DNA of 64,000 nt from a virus: positions 11,684-75,683 of the IMG/VR virus record IMGVR_UViG_3300036795_000241. The stretch is one strand, 5' to 3'. Under the pieces are notes generated by a model, which saw only the letters and a list, made by a program, of their open reading frames with translations, did not search any database and was not told the origin of the DNA. Shown here piece after piece: positions 57,327 through 64,000 of this stretch; position 1 is the stretch's first letter, and the number at the start of each line of letters is the position of its first letter. The translations under genes were made by a program, and so were the position numbers.

Positions 57327-60300
57327 TTACGCAGTTGTCAGGTCGCCCTGAGCATACGAGAACGAATCGGAACGTGCTAGCGTTAGCACTAGCTGATTAG
57401 TTAGGGTCGAATAGTTGTACGACGTTATCCGGTGCCAGATCGCCTGACCGCGCATCCAGCCGCTCGTAAGCTGTACTAGAATGTCGTCTCCAGCGGCAAA
57501 GCTACCGAATGGTGCATGCGGGTGATCGGTTACCTGAATGCTCTGTACGACTGACATTCCGATGCGTGCCATCAGGTCCGCGCGGGCCAGTGGCGCAAGC
57601 TTCTCGGCTGACGATTCCGCCGCATTGGTATATGCGTACGAACGGTACAGGCGGGAAGTGTCGACTAGTCCGCTGTTCCAGTGCGTTTGCGTACTTCCGC
57701 TTCCGGCGCCGTATCCGATTACCGCATTCTGGTACTGCGTACCGTCCTGATTTAGCGTCGGTAGAACGGTGATATTCTCGCCCTCGACGAACCGCAATCC
57801 GGACTGTCGTGTACCTAGTCGTGGATAGCCGAGGTTTAGCTGGTGTACGACATCCGTCATATCGCTGTTCCAGCTATGCGTTTCCGACATATCGAATGGC
57901 GTGACGGTGGACAAGTTCGTCAGTTCCTGTCCGATATCCGTACCGTTCCACCAGTCCAGCTGATACGGAATCGGCTCTTGCGCCGTCCACGTCCAGTTCG
58001 GCTGATTCGAGTACGAAACCGTTATCGTATTATTCGGCTGCAGCGTAAACGCACCCGTACGGCGTCCGGTATCGACTCCGTTAATCAGCACCTTAGTAAC
58101 CGTACCGCCGGTAATGCTAATAGCTACCGCGAACGTCGTCGTATTCTTTACCGCTTTACCCGAAGCGGGGAAGTTTGCCGGCGTTACATCCGTTGCCTGC
58201 AGTACGCTACCGATGCGCACCGGTGACGACGTATTGGCTAGCTGCAAGCCGAGATCCGCATTCGGCTGACTCTGCAGGTAGGCCCAGAGAAAACGGATCA
58301 CGGCTAGCGGATCAATGTCGATCTGCGAATAGCTCGCACCGTTGTAGACCTGTCCGCTTGGATAGCCGCGGAATCCGGTAGCCTGCAGATTCCACTGGGG
58401 ACCCGAGAAGTCGGACGAGGTAACGATCCCGCCCCACTGAATTGCGCCGTCAAGCTCAGCGTAAATGAACGTCGACCACGGATCGATAACCGGTAGCCCG
58501 TCTGGACCAACGAGACCGAAATACTGCGGATTAATCGTCCCCTGCAACGAATTCGTCTTCAGATCCCACGTCAGCGTATCCGAGGTTAGCGGAATCCCGG
58601 TGCGATCTAGCCATTGTTTCGTTAGCGCCCGCTGCGCAATATACTTCCACCGGCCAGTGACCCGCGACCTTACTGCGAGAGCAAGTCTAGGTAGCGGGTG
58701 GAACTTTGTCGCGGTCGCACCGAATGACGGTACGGTGGCGGATAGCGTTGCGGCAACGCTCCAGTTAGTGGACGCTATCCCGGATACGGATAGTGATGGC
58801 GTAATACCGCTAAGGCTAGCCGCGACAAACCGATTAACCGTCGAAGTGGCAGCCAGTGAGGCCGCGGGTGCCGAAAGTGTAGCTACCGCACCTTTCGTAG
58901 TATCGGAAGCGGTGGCGGATAGTGAAGCTGTCGATGCAGTGAGCGTTGCCGCTACGTTTTCGGTATCATGTGCGGTAGCCGTAAACGACGGCGTCGGTGC
59001 AGTTAGTGTCGCCGCGGAAGGATCGGTTACCGCTCCACTAGCCGTTTCAATTGCGAAGCTGGTAATGTTCCAGTATGCGGTCGCGGAGGACGACGTAAAG
59101 GTAGCTCCGGCTCGGCTACCGTTAGCCCAGCTGGCACCCTGGAACTTCGGGCTACCCGACGGCTTGAAGTTGTCGATTGTCGTCCACGGTGGCGAAACGG
59201 GATTCGTAACCGTATACGTCGTTGATCCGCTGTCATCGCCCATCTGCGCGATAACCATCGTTAGGTCGGTCGGCTGGGTACCCGATAGCGCGGTCGACGT
59301 AAAGCCTGCCCCGGTAGCGGAAGCTTTATCGTGTCTAGCACCCGTGCGAATCGGCGTACTAGTGTTCGCCTGCGTAATCCGCTTTATCGAACAGCAATAG
59401 TCACTGCTAGTTGTCCACGTAAACGTGTAGCTAGATGGCTCGCTCCCCCCGGCGACCTTGTACCAGGTACAGCCGGCGGTATCGTTACTATCGGTCCACG
59501 GAGCAATGACCTGCGCCCATCCCGAGGGAGGCGTGAATCCCGTGGAACCCGAACCCGTATTCAATGCCGCAATCAGTAGGTCGCCGGACACGGTACCGGT
59601 CGGGAGTGCGCAGGCAGCCGATGTACCAGAACCAGTTACCGTCGACTCGTTCGCATATGACGCAACCGCGGCGGCATGTAGTGCGACAACTACAGCTGAC
59701 GTTCGGCATCCCGAACCCGCAGTACCGCTGTACGTGAATACACTGGCGGAGGTCGCCACCTGATAGCCAACTGCGAAACGCTGGTAGTATCCGGTGGACG
59801 TTTGCTGCCCGTCCGTTTCTTCGATCCACGGAGCACCCGGGGTTCCTTGCGCAAACGAGGTAGTCGTTCCGCCCAGGTTCCAGCTACCGGCACACGCCGA
59901 AATTAGGTCACCGACAGCTGCGGCTGCACTTGTCGACACCGACCAGGAGGCCGAGTTGGCGGATTGTCGCAACGGGGTACAGGTTACGCCAACCAATGCC
60001 GCGAACGTTGTCGCCAGTCCGGACCATTCTTCGACGACACCGATTATCGTCTGAACGCCGGTGGAGCCGGTACCGGCGATCTTTACCGTAGTCTGACCCG
60101 CAGTGGCATTCGGGTCGACCCACTTACCGACGTCCGAGTTTGCGGTACCCAGTGACTCGATCGCGTTCGCCCAGTTATCCGCTGTCTGGCTACTGGACGA
60201 TCCGGACGTAAGCGCAACGGCTGTCGGCGAGGCCGTATCGCCGAGCATGTGAAAGCTGGCGATCAGACAGTTACCCGTACCGGTCGGCGCCGGAAGTGTG

Positions 60301-60371
60301 AGCGTTAGCGTTTGTGCGCCAGAACCGGTGATCGCAACCGGACCCGTCGTCTGAACAAGCGCTGCGGTCAC
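57327..60371 (-). CDS. Large minor tail protein (beta-rich N-terminal modules fused to a hub/Tal-like C-terminal half)
   Basis: 1014 aa; PSGW/EPSSYTFT modules; C-terminal WGGI, LGYPRLG, G.G.G, GDDI motifs. Confidence 0.75.
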   Translation of the reverse strand: MTAALVQTTGPVAITGSGAQTLTLTLPAPTGTGNCLIASFHMLGDTASPTAVALTSGSSSSQTADNWANAIESLGTANSDVGKWVDPNATAGQTTVKIAGTGSTGVQTIIGVVEEWSGLATTFAALVGVTCTPLRQSANSASWSVSTSAAAAVGDLISACAGSWNLGGTTTSFAQGTPGAPWIEETDGQQTSTGYYQRFAVGYQVATSASVFTYSGTAGSGCRTSAVVVALHAAAVASYANESTVTGSGTSAACALPTGTVSGDLLIAALNTGSGSTGFTPPSGWAQVIAPWTDSNDTAGCTWYKVAGGSEPSSYTFTWTTSSDYCCSIKRITQANTSTPIRTGARHDKASATGAGFTSTALSGTQPTDLTMVIAQMGDDSGSTTYTVTNPVSPPWTTIDNFKPSGSPKFQGASWANGSRAGATFTSSSATAYWNITSFAIETASGAVTDPSAATLTAPTPSFTATAHDTENVAATLTASTASLSATASDTTKGAVATLSAPAASLAATSTVNRFVAASLSGITPSLSVSGIASTNWSVAATLSATVPSFGATATKFHPLPRLALAVRSRVTGRWKYIAQRALTKQWLDRTGIPLTSDTLTWDLKTNSLQGTINPQYFGLVGPDGLPVIDPWSTFIYAELDGAIQWGGIVTSSDFSGPQWNLQATGFRGYPSGQVYNGASYSQIDIDPLAVIRFLWAYLQSQPNADLGLQLANTSSPVRIGSVLQATDVTPANFPASGKAVKNTTTFAVAISITGGTVTKVLINGVDTGRRTGAFTLQPNNTITVSYSNQPNWTWTAQEPIPYQLDWWNGTDIGQELTNLSTVTPFDMSETHSWNSDMTDVVHQLNLGYPRLGTRQSGLRFVEGENITVLPTLNQDGTQYQNAVIGYGAGSGSTQTHWNSGLVDTSRLYRSYAYTNAAESSAEKLAPLARADLMARIGMSVVQSIQVTDHPHAPFGSFAAGDDILVQLTSGWMRGQAIWHRITSYNYSTLTNQLVLTLARSDSFSYAQGDLTTA

Positions 60372-60380
60372 TAATCCGCC

Positions 60381-61006
60381 TTACAGGACGACGTTAAGCG
60401 ATCCGGAGGCGATGGATACGGTATCGCCGAGGTTCGTAATTACGCTGGCGGCCAGTGGGCCCCACCACTTTCGTTTCGGCGTTCCCGCACTATCCCAGAG
60501 CTCGATGCCCTGTACGCCGGGCGAGGCTACGGCCGGCATACCCGCAAACGTCAACGCCGCGTTCGATACCGCCGTAAACGACGTGTTCGTGGCCGCAAAC
60601 GTGGCGGTCTGCGAAGCGTAGGTCGAACCCCCGGAATTCGCCACCTCGGTACCGTTCGTACTTCCGCTTCCGTTAGCCGACATCAACCGAGCCTTGAGTG
60701 GCGTTGTCGTAGCCACGAATGCCGCGGTACCCAGGCTAGCATCGGTTAGGTTTTCGCCGTGAGTATTGTCGAGACCGCCACTCACTTGTCCTCCTTATTC
60801 TGCTGCGTAAGAAAGCGAATTAGGTCGGGTCCGCGAGCTCCCGCAGCTTTCTGCAGGATAACCCCGCAGCTATTGTCGGTACAGCCGACACTGGAGCAGC
60901 AGTCCATATGCCGCACTGCCCAGGTACCGTTCTCGAAAACGCGATGCTTCGGGTGGTCGTCCACCTGCCCGCACGTGCCGCACTCCTCGGAAACTCGTTC
61001 GATCAT
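60381..61006 (-). CDS. Two small tail-module genes (60381-60785; 60782-61006 Cys/His-rich)
   Basis: GTEV...Y..Q...F...SN...LTF motif; C..CGQVDDHPKH...H.DC. Confidence 0.65.
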
Positions 61007-62034
61007 ATTGCTGCTCCAGTGAATTCGTATTGTACGATCATCGAGGAGGAATCGTCCATATGATTCTCGCCGACGTCGTTTGCATTATGCGGTGCGCTAA
61101 TTCCCTGCGGAACCACGTTTACGGCTGTACCCGCAATCGGTGCTACGTTTATCGTATCCGCGCAGATGTACGTCCTTCGTGACGTCTGACCGGGCGCCAT
61201 GTCCGTATTGTTCGAAAACGTCTCCTGCGTAGCTATCGTACCGACCAGTAGTCGAATACCGTTAATCGGACCGAAGGTTCCCGTTCCGCCAGTGGCATGC
61301 GCAAACGCTTGGCCCCACATCCCGACTATCTTCATCTGCGTAGCCCACGGTGGAACGTCAACGGAAGCAGCGAACCAGTTCGGCCACGCAGTCCAGTTAG
61401 TCGTTATCTGACCGTCGATCTCCGTATCCGCTCCGGACGGACCGTTCTGCGCAATTATCTGAGTATCGTTTAGCGGATTTGCGACCTGGCGCAAATCGGT
61501 AATCATCGCCTGCGTAATAGCTGACGTACCGGCTGGAATATCGACCCGCGCTATAGCGATAGCACTGGAGCCGACCGGTGCCTTCTTCGTAGCACTAGAT
61601 ACCCCCGGGACTACCCGCGAATAGATAAGCTGATCGGAGAACGGGTTATGCGACCACGAACTCCCCGCAAACGTTGGATCTTCGACCCGCGCAATGATCA
61701 AATCGGAGCGGGCCGTACCGCCTGTCGGTGCAATCGTAACGGGATCAAGTCCGACGTTAAACCCGTAATACGAACCCTGCCACGCCGCTTCCTGTCCGAG
61801 GATTACGCACGCGCCGCCGGACACATTAACGATTCCGCTTGCGGGTCCCGAGGCTATCGCCTTGAGGTCGCCGGTACCGATTACGCCTTGCGCCGCGCGG
61901 GTCGCGGATTGCAGCTGAAGGCGCCATAGCGAGGCCGGCTCCTGGTTCCCGTCGACCGCATAAACGCCTTGGGACCAGCTCATATTGTCGTTCCACCTAT
62001 CGTTCCTGTTGCGGAGCGCCACAGCAGCTGACAC
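61003..62034 (-). CDS. Minor tail/baseplate protein
   Basis: RSDLIIARVEDP...IARVDIPA....IT..MITDLR; likely start ATG 61983. Confidence 0.75.
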   Translation of the reverse strand: MSAAVALRNRNDRWNDNMSWSQGVYAVDGNQEPASLWRLQLQSATRAAQGVIGTGDLKAIASGPASGIVNVSGGACVILGQEAAWQGSYYGFNVGLDPVTIAPTGGTARSDLIIARVEDPTFAGSSWSHNPFSDQLIYSRVVPGVSSATKKAPVGSSAIAIARVDIPAGTSAITQAMITDLRQVANPLNDTQIIAQNGPSGADTEIDGQITTNWTAWPNWFAASVDVPPWATQMKIVGMWGQAFAHATGGTGTFGPINGIRLLVGTIATQETFSNNTDMAPGQTSRRTYICADTINVAPIAGTAVNVVPQGISAPHNANDVGENHMDDSSSMIVQYEFTGAAI

Positions 62035-63350
62035 GAGGACTGATTCGTTGGGTCTTGCCCTGTGAATTGTACCCGCGAAAAGCCCGGCGGCAAACCTAGA
62101 TCGGCCAACGAATTTCCAACTGCATCACCGGCGTATGAATTACCGAATTGGTCGAGTATCGTACACGCCCACGGCTGCGTATCGATCGAAACGGAAACGC
62201 CACTAGCTACATTCGCCTGCAGCATTATCGATACTCCGAGATCCGGGAGCGTAAGCTTCGGGTTCGTAATCGGACCGTTGAATACGATAATCGGCCACGT
62301 CCAGAGCGGACCCGCGTTGTTTACGCCTTGCTCCACCGAGCTAAGCGCAGCTAGCAATACTGGCGGCGTAAACGGAGGTGCGGCACCGCCATTCGGGAGG
62401 ACCAGCGAGAAGTCGTCGCCCCAGAAAATATCGGTGGCCAGTGGCGTACCGGAAAGCGTTGGTACGACACGAGCACCGACCGCACTCGAATCCGTAGCCG
62501 TGAACGGGAACGATACTGGATACCACTGTCCGGCCACTGGCGCGAACGTCGGACTGGTTATCGTCTCGAGGTATGTCCCGCTAACGTCGTACGTGTTGAT
62601 ATTCAGCGCTATCGGTCGACTCAGTGCGGCTGGCGCATAGATCCACCCGGTAGCGATATAGCCGACATTCGGCTTGATTGCCGTAACGGTGGACTGATAG
62701 TAACCCGCTGTACCGCCGGTCGGTACGAACTTCGCCGCCTGGAGTCCGGAGTGAACGTGCGTATTATCCAGCGTAAGTACGCCGCCAGTTCCGACCCACC
62801 CGGTCAGTCCGCTTTCGAATCCGGGATTCGCTAGCAGATTTACTGGTGTACCTAGATCAGTCGGAGACAGCTTTAGATTTACCGAATACTGCATATCGCT
62901 GTACACATTCGGATCGGCGGAAACGAATGCTGCGACAAACGGAATCGCACCCCGAGCTACCGAACCCAGCGTCGGTGCAATGCTCCGTCCACGCCCGTAT
63001 ACTCGGCGGGACACCTGCGAATTCGGGTAGTTGAAGCGAAGTACGGAAACTGCACCGGGTACTAGACGCACTTCCCGATTATTCCACGCTGCTTCGAGCT
63101 GCGCGTATACGTCCTGCGCACCAATCGAATCGTTAGGTCCGACCCAGACGTTTCCGGTGAACGTAATCGTTTTGCCGCTCGTCATATAGTCCGTGCCGAA
63201 ACGAATTCCGTCGCGACCGGATAGCGGCTGATCCTGCGCAGTAATTTGCGCCGGGTCGACCTGTGTCTTCGCAACTAGCAGCTGAGTATTCTTACCGAAT
63301 ACGAGACCGTCGACACTATATTGCCCATCGGCAAGTACGGGATCAGCCAT
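61980..63350 (-). CDS. Distal tail (Dit-like) protein with inserted carbohydrate-binding module
   Basis: Follows the tape measure; DP..Y and N.G....P...F.GP..NP; internal NLLANPGFESG..GW module. Confidence 0.75.
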   Translation of the reverse strand: MADPVLADGQYSVDGLVFGKNTQLLVAKTQVDPAQITAQDQPLSGRDGIRFGTDYMTSGKTITFTGNVWVGPNDSIGAQDVYAQLEAAWNNREVRLVPGAVSVLRFNYPNSQVSRRVYGRGRSIAPTLGSVARGAIPFVAAFVSADPNVYSDMQYSVNLKLSPTDLGTPVNLLANPGFESGLTGWVGTGGVLTLDNTHVHSGLQAAKFVPTGGTAGYYQSTVTAIKPNVGYIATGWIYAPAALSRPIALNINTYDVSGTYLETITSPTFAPVAGQWYPVSFPFTATDSSAVGARVVPTLSGTPLATDIFWGDDFSLVLPNGGAAPPFTPPVLLAALSSVEQGVNNAGPLWTWPIIVFNGPITNPKLTLPDLGVSIMLQANVASGVSVSIDTQPWACTILDQFGNSYAGDAVGNSLADLGLPPGFSRVQFTGQDPTNQSSCQLLWRSATGTIGGTTI

Positions 63351-64000
63351 GCGTACTCTCCAGCTGGACTCGGCGCAGCGTAAATAGCATCTCGTTTAGG
63401 GCGTCCGCAGTGTCGCCTGAGCCGTAGTAATTCGAGTGGTACTGACCGATCAACGGTGCTCCGCCCTGCGTTAGCGATCCGCTGTTTATCGCCTTCACAA
63501 ACGCTTCCGACATCTGCGGGTCGAGCATCATCTCGTTCTTCTTCGTACTATTGTTCACCATCGTTATGCCGGGCGGTACCGTACCGCCATCGTCATACCA
63601 GTTGAACGCTACTTCATGCCCCCACGCCGCTTGCGGGCTACCGTAGCGATCTCGTACGTAATTCTCGCCCCAGATGATCTGGTTGATATAGTCGCCGAGA
63701 TCGTACGGGTGTCCCTTGCCCAGTGCCTGCGGGATGCCGTATGCTCCGGAGCTCGGGTTAACGGCGTACGGATTCCACCCGCTTTCCTGGTTCCACAACG
63801 GAATCAGGTACTGCATCTGCGACTGCGGCCAGCCGTACTGATTCAGAATCGAAGCCGCATACGCTTGTGCGACTTGTGCGGAATGCGTTGTCGCACCCGA
63901 ATTACCGAGATACGCGCTATTCGCGGCAGCTTCCTGTGCCGTTTGCACGCCGCCCTTAATCGCGTCCTCGACGCTTTGAATCATCGCTTTTACGGAAAGC
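63343..64000 (-). CDS. Tape measure protein C-terminus with lytic transglycosylase domain (partial)
   Basis: LWNQESGWN..A.NPSSGAYGIPQAL...QI.WG..Y..RYGSP..AW......WYDDGG. Confidence 0.85.
   Translation of the reverse strand, partial: LSVKAMIQSVEDAIKGGVQTAQEAAANSAYLGNSGATTHSAQVAQAYAASILNQYGWPQSQMQYLIPLWNQESGWNPYAVNPSSGAYGIPQALGKGHPYDLGDYINQIIWGENYVRDRYGSPQAAWGHEVAFNWYDDGGTVPPGITMVNNSTKKNEMMLDPQMSEAFVKAINSGSLTQGGAPLIGQYHSNYYGSGDTADALNEMLFTLRRVQLESTHG

Noticed and set aside
1-64000. Prophage, retron or DGR interpretation
   Set aside because: No integrase, att-like host junction, host genes or reverse transcriptase recognisable in the window; part of the genome is outside it, so a temperate lifestyle is not excluded

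Overview
Most of a tailed actinobacteriophage genome (siphovirus-like, GC-rich). No integrase, immunity repressor, tRNA or CRISPR array is visible in the window. The two ends carry leftward late genes. At 1-8.2 kb are the terminases, portal, MuF and head-associated proteins. At 51-64 kb are the end of the tape measure, Dit, tail and fibre proteins, holin, a GH25 endolysin and a LysM/Rpf-like protein. Capsid and tail-tube genes lie outside the window. The rightward arm (6.8-50.9 kb) is driven by at least 23 near-consensus TTGACA-N17/18-TA[GTCA]ACT-like promoters. It holds many small accessory genes, replication and recombination genes (SNF2 and RecD-like helicases, Cas4-like exonuclease, primase-helicase followed by an iteron origin, Sak4-like ATPase, SSB, RuvC, UDG-PolA fusion) and a 7-deazaguanine DNA-modification cluster (queD, queE, folE, TGT/DpdA-like, degenerate GAT-QueC) with nucleotide-pool enzymes nearby. 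The most unusual signals are non-coding: (1) a ~125 bp element present twice in inverted orientation, with a covarying 15 bp stem and a TACTACAT loop that also occurs in the origin; (2) a hairpin whose loop is antisense to the shared ribosome-binding leader of several early genes; (3) a variant hammerhead ribozyme; (4) a three-copy two-state RNA switch; (5) a plasmid-like antisense-RNA/leader-peptide region in front of the primase. All protein calls come from motif recognition by eye, not from database searches.
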